Shown piece after piece: positions 11,201 through 22,600 of a stretch of 64,000 bases of DNA; the first letter of the stretch is position 1, and each line of letters begins with the position of its first letter. The notes under the pieces were generated by a model. It searched no databases. It saw only the letters and a program-made list of their open reading frames with translations, and had not been told where the DNA came from. The translations under genes and the position numbers were made by a program. Origin of the DNA: a virus; the IMG/VR virus record IMGVR_UViG_3300033508_000214, positions 1 to 64,000 of that record; one strand, given 5' to 3'.

Positions 11201-11964
11201 GTAGCAGATAAGTATGTGATAGTACTCGCAGTACCACTAGCAACTTTACTAATAGTTTGTTTAATTACATCTACCTTCTCATTATTATCTACGTCTCTGC
11301 TGGTAACAGTATAAGTAATTTCAGCAGTAGCGGTTAAAGGAGTACCGTTCATACCGCTAATACTACCAAAAGATCCATCTGTATTTATACCTAATGTAGC
11401 AGTACCCCTACTTACACTAGCAACTACATTAAACGTATTAGGTCCTAATACGTTATTGTAGGTTAAAGATACTTTATCAATAGTTACAGTAATTACTGTT
11501 GCAGTATTACTATAATCGCATACTCCTTCGCCACTAGCTGGTAAGGAAATGCTAGGCCTACTAATAGTAACTACTGGCAAATCATTAGATGTGGATTTAT
11601 ACTCTATAGTAGATTGATCTGATGCTTCCTCCCACCCACTTTTACTAGTAGTGACCTTATATTCTACACCATTAGATTCACCTCTTTGAGTGTTAAATAC
11701 GCTATATGATAAAGCTGCTGCAGTAGCAGCAGGCATAGTAGTCCATGTACTTAATAGCGTAGGTCTATATTTCCATTTATAGTCAGGTGTATTATTATAC
11801 CCAGTAATCGCAGTCTTTAACTCTATAGAAGTAGGTTTAGTGCCTGCTATATTTCTAGACTTAATAAATACAGTAGAGGAGGGCTCTAGAGCTACCGCTA
11901 CTGCGGTTAACCTATTAGTAGATGCCTGTAATATTTTATCATTTTCATTTTGAATAATTGCCAT
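8239..11964 (-). CDS. Central tail fibre/spike with C-terminal intramolecular chaperone (Peptidase S74-like)
   Basis: 1241 aa; C-terminus SDRRLK..KLKPVRY..GFIAQDL..IDYVSLISPIVKALQEL is the autocleaving chaperone signature; tandem Ig-like LSNDxH repeats. Confidence 0.8.
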   Translation of the reverse strand: MAIIQNENDKILQASTNRLTAVAVALEPSSTVFIKSRNIAGTKPTSIELKTAITGYNNTPDYKWKYRPTLLSTWTTMPAATAAALSYSVFNTQRGESNGVEYKVTTSKSGWEEASDQSTIEYKSTSNDLPVVTISRPSISLPASGEGVCDYSNTATVITVTIDKVSLTYNNVLGPNTFNVVASVSRGTATLGINTDGSFGSISGMNGTPLTATAEITYTVTSRDVDNNEKVDVIKQTISKVASGTASTITYLSATADTIVKDAVSAAQSGKHSTTLVRGYSKTGNSLAQLYGYVSTQLGSKAVGNRINSSNILDTPISDSENILDVTYKLYATVSSTEVLDTEIIPILFKNSNSIVVNLTNDSCSIPVNSSNTAGVYTNAGTDIHVYQGATELVYDTLGTIAGTWKISSNTSGTTGISPGSLSSSTSLIKYAIAASPSNITAAVATIRYTITGTDLKGVAFSVTKDQTFSRIAAGIDAAIGQLSNDSHVLPILVSGTPNYVGCNTTMTVSVGAKDDSNNWTFIPTTSTGVICSSTNSGRTQTISQVTAALSTVTIVAKHKQYVYSDVTCIFTITKGQAGGITANLSNDTHVVPVTTAGVADYTGCNTTMTVYVAGIDDSTNWNYVVTTSTGVICSSTNSGRTQTVSQVTAAVSTVTIVASKANYSDITCIFTITKAKQGDTGAKGDEATKAVTLSIFKWAASTQTTSSVQSTLTWSTNTATPIPSGWDTAAITSPGSGYTLYMWSVTVTALASVTSTTFNWSTGSIGSIGYRQDGSIGIQGAGARKAYTVVTSTPPAASGTPIGVPVTIGGDAGPGSIWSTTLPTVSTSTASTTYTLWVVDGNYYPSGSPSYSNQTVWGSPYLATFKVDSLQAVSANVGVLNIASGGNIHSGKASSADTTAGFFLGNDSGTPKFSVGSSAKYLTWNGTDLDIKGAIKGDSSIDITGSAIFGGVYSGSYAPSGHSVALSANPNSTANVGIYARSGSASSMAVWASGAALGSTGVYATCTSTGTAGKFYPNAGGTGISSNGPSDFGTIRCDAAAGVVPISVTYSTTMCTNLNANYLGGKLASAFSLTGHNHSGVYATATHNHIGVYCNGALTDAGYTGVNATSGLTFTSSTISGYRFSSVVGSATVRYEATSDRRLKEAIVPEKLGIEFILKLKPVRYKLRTGPIDFHGFIAQDLDDIDLDSTNDSLRITNEDGTRGIDYVSLISPIVKALQELTSKVSILEVELQELKNGKL

Positions 11965-13553
11965 TAAATAAATACCTCTACTTCTATAGTACTATTAGCC
12001 CAGTCTGGAGCTAAAGATATAACTTGACCTACCTTACCTTCAGATAATCCAAACCTACTATGATATAAATAAACTTCTTGCCCTAGAATTAAAGACATAA
12101 GTTTACTTGTACCTTTAAATTTATATACTGTATGCTGAATTTTAAATAAATTATTTAATCGTAAAGCTTCATTTTCTGCATCGATCTTGCTAATTAATAA
12201 ACTTGGTATAGGCTCGGCTTCTGTTACTAGCCTATAATTTCTAGCTACTATTTCGTCAATATTATCTTCAGATAAGGTTTCTGTTTCAAATATCTTTTTG
12301 TGCTCATCTGGTATACCAGTCTGTAGTCCCTCTTGTACAGTATAATTAGTACAATAAGCTACCTTTTTAATTGCAGCTACTTCAGTTACCCTAGAGATAT
12401 ATAAGGAATGGTGCAGTATATCTGTATCTGTTATATTTATAGGAGGTAAAATACTTGGTACTGATATAATATCTGCAGGAATGATTCTATCACCTAACCT
12501 TATTAACTGCAATTTACCTAGTCTATTCATATATACTTGAGCACCTATGCTGCCAGCTAATTGCTGACATACATCTAGTACGTTCTCTTTACTATTAATA
12601 AATATACCTACGGGCGGTGGATTGGCTATAGCAAAAGCCGCAAAATTAGGTAAATCAATATCTAAGTATGTTAGCTTATCTATAAAAGTAGTACTACTTT
12701 TACCATACTGTGTAACTAATACGGCAATAATATTAGCAATATTATTTACATAGATAGGTTCTAGTTCCCCAGTATCTAAATTAATAGACTTTTTTAATCC
12801 TTGTACAGATACAGTAATAGTACCTACTAGTGGGTGGCCTAATGTTAGTATCCCAGTAGTTAGATCTACTGCATTTGGAGTACTTAAGGCCAGAGGTACT
12901 CCGTTATCTCTAATTTCAATTAGTCGTTCAGAAGTACCATCATTAAACATATATTTAAGTACACTAGGATCGTATATAAGTGGTTCTATATTAAATACTT
13001 CTCCTAGTATTAAAGGTCGAATTTCTTTTTGATTTGTCTGAGTATCACCTGTATTACCGTAGTAAGTATTACCTATTTTATTTTCAGATATAGGACAATT
13101 TAGCTTCTCTAGTTTATCTCTTATCTTAATATTTAAAGTATCTCTAGAAGAACTATCTACTCCTGCTATTACTCCACTAAATACATTTAAAAATATATCA
13201 TCTATTTGTGATATATCTGTAAGAGGCCACCTAGGGTCTCCTACGTATACTTTAATAGATCTATTTGTCCATATATAGCTACTGTCTAACCATATATCTA
13301 AATCACCATTAGGATTAGAGACTGAAATATCTCCGAAAGACATTGATACTCCACCATCTATAGATAGGCTTTCTGATATTGATAGACTTCCAGTAATTAC
13401 TGGATTGAAAGATGTTATAGAGTCTTCTGTAAGATAACCAATATTAGATATATAAATAGGTATATCTACTGCTCCATTTATACTAACCATTAGTTCTACT
13501 AGTATACCACGTATAGCTGCTGGGTCTTCTAACCATGCTTGACTGTATGTCAT
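11964..13553 (-). CDS. Baseplate hub / tail tip protein
   Basis: 529 aa, immediately downstream of the tape measure; RPLILGEVFNIEP motif and beta-rich C-terminus. Confidence 0.6.
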   Translation of the reverse strand: MTYSQAWLEDPAAIRGILVELMVSINGAVDIPIYISNIGYLTEDSITSFNPVITGSLSISESLSIDGGVSMSFGDISVSNPNGDLDIWLDSSYIWTNRSIKVYVGDPRWPLTDISQIDDIFLNVFSGVIAGVDSSSRDTLNIKIRDKLEKLNCPISENKIGNTYYGNTGDTQTNQKEIRPLILGEVFNIEPLIYDPSVLKYMFNDGTSERLIEIRDNGVPLALSTPNAVDLTTGILTLGHPLVGTITVSVQGLKKSINLDTGELEPIYVNNIANIIAVLVTQYGKSSTTFIDKLTYLDIDLPNFAAFAIANPPPVGIFINSKENVLDVCQQLAGSIGAQVYMNRLGKLQLIRLGDRIIPADIISVPSILPPINITDTDILHHSLYISRVTEVAAIKKVAYCTNYTVQEGLQTGIPDEHKKIFETETLSEDNIDEIVARNYRLVTEAEPIPSLLISKIDAENEALRLNNLFKIQHTVYKFKGTSKLMSLILGQEVYLYHSRFGLSEGKVGQVISLAPDWANSTIEVEVFI

Positions 13554-13595
13554 TTATTCTCCTTGTTTATCTTATATACCTAGTTAATATAAGAT

Positions 13596-13621
13596 AAACA
13601 AAGCCCTTTCGGGCTTTGTTT
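13596..13621 (-). terminator. Hairpin / intrinsic terminator after tape measure
   Basis: aaacaaagccc-tttc-gggctttgttt inverted repeat. Confidence 0.55.
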
Positions 13622-16600
13622 ATGCTAATTTTAGCATAGAACGTTGGTTCCATGCTGCTAACTTAGCGGCGTCTTCCGTAGCTTTAGCTACGTTATCCGA
13701 TGCTTTATTGGTTGCATCATAGTTAGATGCAATTAAATGTCCTGTTTGTTCTTGCTGTTCTTTTCTTAATTGTATTACTTCTTTTCTTAGATTTCTGATT
13801 TCTTCTACAAGTTCACGTGTATTTAATAGATCGTTACTAGCTTTGTTGCTGTACACTCGCGAAGGGGTTGCGAAGTCTACCAACTCAGGCCCTCTTTCGC
13901 CGACTACTGCTACTCCACTAGCTAGACCGCCTTTAGCAAATCCAGGTATTTCAGGAACTACTGATAGCGCCCCACTAGCTATATCTTTAGCTAGTTTAGT
14001 TGAGTTAATAGGATCTACTTGTACAGCATAATACGCAAAAGCTTTGATAATATCTGCTTTTGACTTTCCTGAATTAACTTCAGCTATCCAGTAGTCTAGC
14101 CCAGCCCTATCTCCTGGAACGGATTCTCCGGCTAACTTATCATATAGGACTTGAACCCTAGCCTCTGGATGTGCTCTAATAGCTTCTTCAATTTCTGCTA
14201 ATGACATGTCAGAATTAGCTCTATTTACCCAGTAGGCTTTACCCCCTGGGTCAGAAGCTCTATGAAAAACGCTTTGGTATATGTCTTCAATGCTCGAAGC
14301 CATTGTATCTGTAATTACTGCTCCAGTAGTACCAGTATCTGTAATTACTGGAGGCATAGTACCTAAAGTATCTACTGAATGGGGCATTACCGGGGCGCTA
14401 GTACCTGTAGAATCTATTACTCCAGTACCTGAGGTAATATATGCTAATAAGGCGCTAGCAGTACTAGTTTGAGCTACTAGTAGTTGTGCAAGTAATTCAT
14501 TTGAATTAAAAGTGTTTTCTTCTATGGTACTAAGAGCATTTAGCTGTTGTTCTGCATCTGTTAATTGAGCTTCAAGACTGGACCTTGTACTATCTAGTAT
14601 AGCTAGAACAGAATTAAAATCCTGAGTATACTGTTCAGAACTAGCATATAATGTTCTTGATGCGTCTAAGAATGCATCTGTTACACCAGGTAATTTACCG
14701 ATAGCTTCGTCTCGTTTTGCTATATCTTCTTCTGTTATAGCTATAGCAGTAGCGGCAGCTACAACTATATCTTTTTGTAATTTAGCTTCTGCATATTTTT
14801 GTGCAGGTGTTAATATAGATTTATCACCCAATAGTAGTGAATCCTTAGCTTCTTTTAATGATTTAATAAATCCCTTTAAACTATCCACATTAGATTTAAG
14901 ATTGCTTTTTAGCTTATCACGTATAGCAGCTTCGTCCTGTAAGGCGTATAAGTATAATTGACGTGGTCTTAAAGATTCATCCATAGCGTCTAACTCTGCA
15001 ATTCTAGTAATAGCTAAAGCCTCAGCTGATTTTCCTAATAGATTTAATATTTCTACTTGTTGATTATTTGTTTTATCTAGATTGTCCTTTTCATCCTGTA
15101 ACATCCAGATTCTATTTTGAATAGCGGCATCTGTAGCGGATAGGGCCCTTAACTCTTTCTGTCTAGTAAACAGAGTAGCTTCTTTTGCCTTACCTTCTAA
15201 AACTAATAATTGGGATTGTAGTTCTGCGGTTTTATTTAAGTCCTGCTCTGCGTATATTTTGCGTTTTACGAGTTTCTCGGCTTCAGATAGATTAAATAGT
15301 TCTTGTTCCCTACTTATTAGTAAGGCTTGGTACGTAAGGCCTTGTTCCTGCATAAGCTCTACTTCTAGACCTTTAACCTTATTTAAATCTTCATTGATCC
15401 ATATTTGGTTTTGAGTTGCAGCATCCGTAGCAGATAATCCTACTAGTATTTTCTTTCTATTAAGTAAGGTTGCTTCCTGTCCTTTACCTTCTAGTTCCAT
15501 TAAAGATATTTGTAAATCTTGCGTTTTAGCTAAATCTTGCGCATCGTATATTTTTTGTTTTGTAAGTTTTTCAGCTTCAGTAAGTGTTGCAAGTTCTTTT
15601 TCTCTTGTGATTAGTAAAGCTTCATGGGTTCTTCCCTGTACATTTAGTAACTCTAGTTCTAGGTCTTTTATTCTATTATTTTCTTTAATTAACTGTAGCC
15701 TGTCAAATTCGGTTAAATTAGCCTCATCAATATCAGCGCGTTCTTTTTCTAGTAATTGAGCTCTTGTTAGAGTTAAACTATTAATTTCGTCTAGTATCGT
15801 TTGTTTCTGCTGCCCTACTAAGTAATCTTTTTGAGCTTTGCTCCATCTACCTACAGCTGCAGTAGCTTCATCGGTATTTTTACCCGCAAGTACTGCTAAA
15901 GCAGTTGCTTCGGTTAGCTTATCTTCAGTAGCTTTAGTTAATGCATCCATAGTTGCTTGAAACTTACCTTTACCTAATTCTTTGAATTGTTCCTCAAATT
16001 TTTCAGTATCTTTCTTGAGAGCTTCTAATAATTTGTCGTACTCTTCCCCATATTTCTTCTCATCAGCTGCGTCCTTTTTAGTATCGTCTGTATTTGTTGG
16101 TAGCATATCTGTACCACTAAACGTCTCGTATCCTGCAGCTCCCATATCTCCAAATAAATCAGGTATAGTGGAGCCTATAAACTCTATAAATTTAGGATCC
16201 CCTAGTACTCTTTCCCAATTATCAATAATAGCTTCAATTTTAGTAGTAGTAATTACTATAGGGTCTGGTGCTTCTGTAGGAGTAAATTCAGTTCCATTGG
16301 CTGCAGCTATAGCTGCTCCTGCTATATTTGATAAAGTATTAGAAGCTTCGCTAATTGCAGAAGAAGCCGAGTTAGCAGTGCTAGCTACTGCTTCATTAGT
16401 ATTATTTGCTGTAGTTATTATAGTATTTGCGGAAGCTGTTGCCCCTTTAGCTATATCTTTTGCAGCACCTGCCCCACCATTAGTTAAATTAGTGTAGGCG
16501 TTTTCTGCAGCATCTTCTGTAGCATTAGCAGCATCTACTGAAGAATCATAAACATTTTGACCTGCTACAGTACCGCCTAATGCCATAGCTGCTGCACTTC

Positions 16601-19600
16601 CAGTAGCTCCTGTCATTATGTTGGTAGCCCCTACAGTAGCTCCTGTTACTAGGTTAGTACCTGCTACTGTAGACCCAACAGCTAAGTTAGTACCAGCTAT
16701 CATAGATCCAGTAGCAAGATTAGTACCAGCTAGTACACTAGACCCTACTAAATTAGTCATCATTGGGGTTATAATGCCTGTCATTACTACCCCAACTATT
16801 TGGGCTGACATTGCGTCTATTAGTGCATTAGATATAGCATCTTTAGTAGCATCAGAAGCTTTTTTCCTAGCATCCTCAGCAGAGGTGGCATCTTTAATAG
16901 CACTAGAAAGTATACCTGATAAGTTACTAGCAGACATACCTATTGTGTCAATAAAACTAGCCACATCCTCTGCTAGAAATACTAGTTTATGTGAGGTAGC
17001 GTCTAATATTAGGCCTGCGTCTATAGCATCCTGTACTTCCTGCTGTCTAGATGTAGATAGTTCTCTTGCTAAGGCTCCCGCCTCATCCCCTTGAGCTCTC
17101 ATTAATCTAGTTTGTAAGTCGTAAGCACTTTGAGCTGATTCTTTCTGATTTTCCCATATATTATTAAAACCATTTAATAATGCAGGGTCCATAAGTGCAG
17201 TATACGCAGCAACAGCAGCTTCTTGCTGTGCTTTACCTACTTTGTCATTAGCATTTACTGCAACATTAGCAGATGCCTGCGCAGCCTGCACCACAGCGTA
17301 ATATTCATCTTTAGTATTAATTAGTGAGTCGTTACCCTCAGATATAGTTCTAAATAGGTCTTTTACATAATCATTCGAACTACCTATTTCTGCCATTCTA
17401 TCTGTAGACTTTGATCTAGCTATATCAAATCTTTGACCTTCAGTAAGGAATATTTCAGCAAATAGCTGGGCACTTTGCTGAAACTTATCTAGCCCACCAG
17501 CCGCTTTGCTTATAGCTTCGGATACATCGTATCCTTTAGTAGTCATACTAGCGTTAGCTTCGTTTACTACCTCAGTAGCTAGTCTGTATTTTTCAGCAGT
17601 TTCAGCGACTAGCGTATTTGCAGCGTCTATTTCGGCACTATTATCCATAGGCTTATATACACCATTATTTTCGCTAGACATTATATTTTCTACGTTTAAT
17701 GCGAATTTAGGAACTGCGTTCTTTGCAGCAATCATAGCTTGCTCAGCTGTTGCTTGTGCAGAAAGCATTTCGGAAGTAGCTTTACTAGCTATTTCCGTAA
17801 ATCCTATAGTGCTAAGGCCCATGGATTCAAAAGCTAAATTTACTTTATCAAAATCACTTGTTACTCTAATAAACGTTTCTGCCATTCCTTCACCAAATTT
17901 CCTAAATTTCTTAAGGCTAGGGGCTAGCTTAGCGTATGCATCGTCTAAAATACTACTAAACACAGCGTTTAATTCTTCGGTAGATTCTGAACCTGTTAGT
18001 CCTTTAAGAGACGCGGATATATCTATATTTAAAGAGTTTATTCTAGCTAAAGTTTCCCCTGCGGTTAACCCTATAGATTCTCCACTATCTACTAGTAGCT
18101 CACCCATAAAACTAAATGTTTCTCTAATAGCATTAGCAGCTTTTTCCTCTAAAGGTTTTAAATTATTATCTACCCAGGTTTTTGAGCTTGCCCCTATTCC
18201 AAATATACCTGAACTAGTCTTAGTATTTTGAACAGTTTCAAATTGTTGAATTAGGCCGTCCCCGGCAACTCCTAAACTTTCAAACGTACCTACTAACTTA
18301 ATACCCGCATTGATAATAGAAGTAGAACTAGAGCTTGCAAATAACCCTAGAAATCCTGGATTATTTGTACTCTTTTCAGTAGTACCAAAGCCAGATCCCG
18401 TTCTAATACCTTGTACTCCATAGGCAGCTTCTGCTACCCCTTTAATACCATCATTAATTTTTGCTAGTAAGTCTGTTTGTTTATTGGCAAAGCTTAAACC
18501 TTCTATAGAATTAGCTTCTAAAATTGATAATGAATTAGCAATTGATTGGGATTTTGCCTCTGAGTCACCAAATACTCCACCACCGTTGTCTACAAGCTTG
18601 CCATCTTGCCAGCTTTGCCCAGTACCCTGAGATTGTTGCATGTCTTCTGCGGTCATGCCTACTGTAGATACAGTAGAAGACCCTCCAGAGGATCCAAGTA
18701 CTGCAGCTATAGCTACTGCTGCTGCTGCCATGCCCGGAGGCCCTAACCATTCTAAAAAGGTCATGAATACACCGGGGGTTTTGGTCGCGTTTTTAGTAGC
18801 TTCTGTGGAACTTGTTATAGCTATATCTGTTGCTGCTGCTGCAGCACGTTCTGACATAATAAATGTTTGTTGTGCTGTATTAGCTACTGTTTCAGACTCC
18901 ATAAGACCAATACGAACAGCAAATTTTTTCATATCCATTGCTAGTTCTTTTAAGTCCATTGCAGCTTTGTATGCTGCGCTAGCCTTTTCAATACCGTCAA
19001 GTATTTTATATGCAGCAGTTTTTTCTGCAAACATTTTCTTAGCGGCTCCAGCTGTTTTATTTATAGCATTTAGTTCATTTGCTAATACTTTTTTATCTAA
19101 TGTTTCCTTATCTTTAGAGTATTTTTTATCAGCAGCTGCTTTAGCTCTATTAGCTTTCTCTTCCACAGCAGTTAAAGCTTCAGTATTACCATTATCCCCA
19201 CCTGCATTTGCAAATTCTAGTCTAGCAGCCGCTACTGCTTTTTCAGCTTCTATAGTTTCTTGTTTGTATTGTTCAGTAAGTGCAGTTCTACGTACAGCTA
19301 ATTGCTCATCTATAGCATTAAATTTTAGAACCTCTTGCCCCATTGTACCAATCGCTGCACCTACGTCTCCAAAGGCGTTAGCAAGTACTTCTGTTAGAGA
19401 CACCATTTTAGTCATAGCCTCGTTTTGAGCGTCTACTAGTAACTTTTGGGTTTTATCTCTTTCAATAATATTGGTTTTATTAGCGTAAATCAGGTCTAGT
19501 AAAGCTAGTTGTCTTTCGTAGGCTGCGGCAGTGTCATTTATTTGCTGAACCTGTACACTGGTATCCGCGTTTGGATTTGCTTGTACAGTATTAGCTAAAG

Positions 19601-22600
19601 CTATACCTTTGGCTAGCATATCAGAATTATACTTATCTGCGGCTAGCTGTTTATCATTAGCATAAACTAAACTTTGTTGTTCTAGTTCTAGTATAGCTTG
19701 TCTTTGTGTATATTCTTGTGCAGTTATTGCACCTATGTCCATTAAAAACTTTAACTGAGATTGTTTAGTACTTAAGCTTTCTTTATCGGTATTAAATCTA
19801 TCTGCATCTATAGAAGCTTGAATGCCCTTTTCATAGGTTATTTTGGCTAGTTCGTTAGCTTGTATTACTGTTATATCTAATTTACTTTTATCTAATTCCG
19901 CTGTTTCTTTCATAGATTTAGTTTGTTCATCTAGATAGCTAATAGTGCTTTTAATTAATTTATTGTGTTCTAATTCTTTTGCATTTGTTTTGCCACTAGA
20001 ATTAAGTAATCTTTTGGAAGAGTCTTCTAAAGCAACGGAATTAGCATTTTGTTGCTTTCTAATATTTAAGCTATCTAGAGCTAATTTAGTATCTATACTA
20101 TCTGCAGCATTTTTAGCTAATTTACTAGCTAGTTCACTACTTACATATGTAGCATTACCCTTCTGCATATCTAGCAAGGTTTTTTGATTTGTTAGATCTC
20201 TGCTTCTAGCAGATAATATTCTTTCATCAGCTATTACTAACTCATTTTTCTCAGCTACCATCTGTTTAAGGTTTAGTACGTATAGTTCAGACTGTTTTCC
20301 TGCAATCTGACCCCACATACCAAATAGTGCAGTCATATACCCTTCCATATCCTTCATTGCAGCAAGTGTTGCAGGAGAGGCTACACCTTTTGATGCGTCC
20401 ACACTAGCAGATTTTCCACCATCATTTATAATACTAAACTTAGAGGTGTTAGAATCTAGAGCCTTTTGAATAGCCTCTATCTTCTTGTATAGTGCGTCCC
20501 TATTAGTTTCACTACTAATAGGGCTTTTGGCTTGTTCTAGTAGATTTGCTTGTTCTTGCACTAAACTATTTTTTTCTATTGTAGCAGCTAATCTAGCCTG
20601 TTGTTCTACAATACTAAAATTAGACTTTATTAAAGCTATTTGTCCTGAAATCTGTTGTTTTTCTAAACCAATAAGCTCTGACTCTACGTTTGAACCCCCT
20701 TGCTGCATAATACTTAAAAAGCCTTTAGCGCTATTAACAGCAGAGTCATTCATTGCTACGGCTAATCCTTTTGCTAAAAGTTTGAAGGATGACTGAGCAA
20801 ACTGCTCTGGTAAGTTTTCATACTCTTTACGTATTGCAGCGGCTGCATCTTCTTCTTTCTTTAATCTTTGTACGGTTATGTTATATACATCTTGTGCAGC
20901 TTTTAAACCAGTCTCTGCTCCTCTAGTTTTCTCTAATCTATCACTATACCCCATACCAAAACCCTTATTATCAGATATGATAGTTGTATTAGTATCCATA
21001 TTAGCACTGGCTTCTTGTTTGGTTTTTTGTAGAGCACTTATGCTCTCGGCTAATCTTTTTAATTCTTTACTAGCGGAACCTAATTGTTCAGCAGTTCCTT
21101 TAGGTAAGAAAGATAACGCTTGTATATTTCCAGATAACTTTTCTAGTGTTAATAGTGCTTCAATAGGTCCTGCTTTTAAAGACTCTTCCATAAACTTAGA
21201 AGTTTTTGCTATCTCCATACCCATTTTACTAAAGTCATCCCGAGGTATTAGAGCATTAGTCATTACCGTTGACTGTTTACTAATATCCAATAGGGATTGA
21301 GCAAAGGCTGTTAAAGGAGCAGCAGCATTTGCTGATTCTCTAGATAGGTTTTGGAGTACATCTGGAATTGTACGTAAAGCATTAGATACCGATGCCTCAT
21401 CTAAATTGAATAGAGCTTCATCAATTGCTTTAAGATTAGATACGTCTACTTTTTCGCCTAATAAGTTCTTTAAAGTTTTAATTGCCTGGTCTTTTGCAGG
21501 CCCACTTTCAGCAGCTTTTAGAGCAGATACTATAGAATTAGATAAATTCACTCTTAGTTTATCTACAGACCCTTTACCAAACATTCCTGACATAAACCCG
21601 TCTATAGCTTTATCCCATACATTTTGTGTAGCTATAAGATTAGAATAATCTGATACTAATTTTGTTACAGATGCAGATAAATCAGTAAGAGCGTTAGCTT
21701 TAGCTTGTAAAGACTCAATACTCAAAAAGTCTTTTAAGTCTTTCTTATTTATTGCCTCTAAAGTTTTATATACATTAGCTAAAGAAGATTTTACTGTATC
21801 TGAGCTTTCTGAAAATGCAGATAATTCTTTAGCGGAACTAGTAAGCCATGAATCTAGCATCTCGAAAGCTACTACAGCTAAACCAATAATTTGAATCCAT
21901 GGACCAGCAAAGTTTAGAAAGGTACCTATAGCCGTAGTAGCAGCCCCAATACCAACTTTAAGGCTAGTCCACAAAGCTCTAATATTGCCCATTGGAGGAG
22001 TTATAATCTTCTCAAGATTAGTAACTGCTACCCCATTTTCCATAACCTGTTTACCAAAGCTATCTAGTACGGGTATCTTAATCATTTCAGAAGAGCCTAA
22101 TTTAGCTTTAGCTATTTCAGCTTGACCTTCTTTCCATGCTGCAAAGAATCCTTTTGTCGAAGCAGTCTGTGCCGTCTGTGCTAGAATATTATCGGTAGTA
22201 GCTTTTAAAAGAGCACGTTCAGCAATAACACGTGTTTGGTTTCCAGCAATGTACCATTTTTCATTCTGTTTAGCTGTCTTATTAAATTGTTCTTCTGCCT
22301 CAGCTACTTTAGCTAGCGCCTGTAATCTTGCAGCTTCAGAGCTTTTCACTACTTTATCAGAATCTGCTATTGCTCTAGCTTCTTCTTCACGTGCTTGTAG
22401 TATTACTTTTGAGGCTTTGTATGATTCTGCTGCATGAACTGCTGATGCAGCATCTTGGGACTTCATATAGCTTGCATGTGCTTCTCTAGCAGCTATTACT
22501 GCGGCAGCATACTCTCGCTGCATTGTAGAAGACTTTTTGTATGTTTGGTATAAAGCCTCATTACTTGCTGCACTAGCTTTATCCCCTGCTAAAGCTGCCT

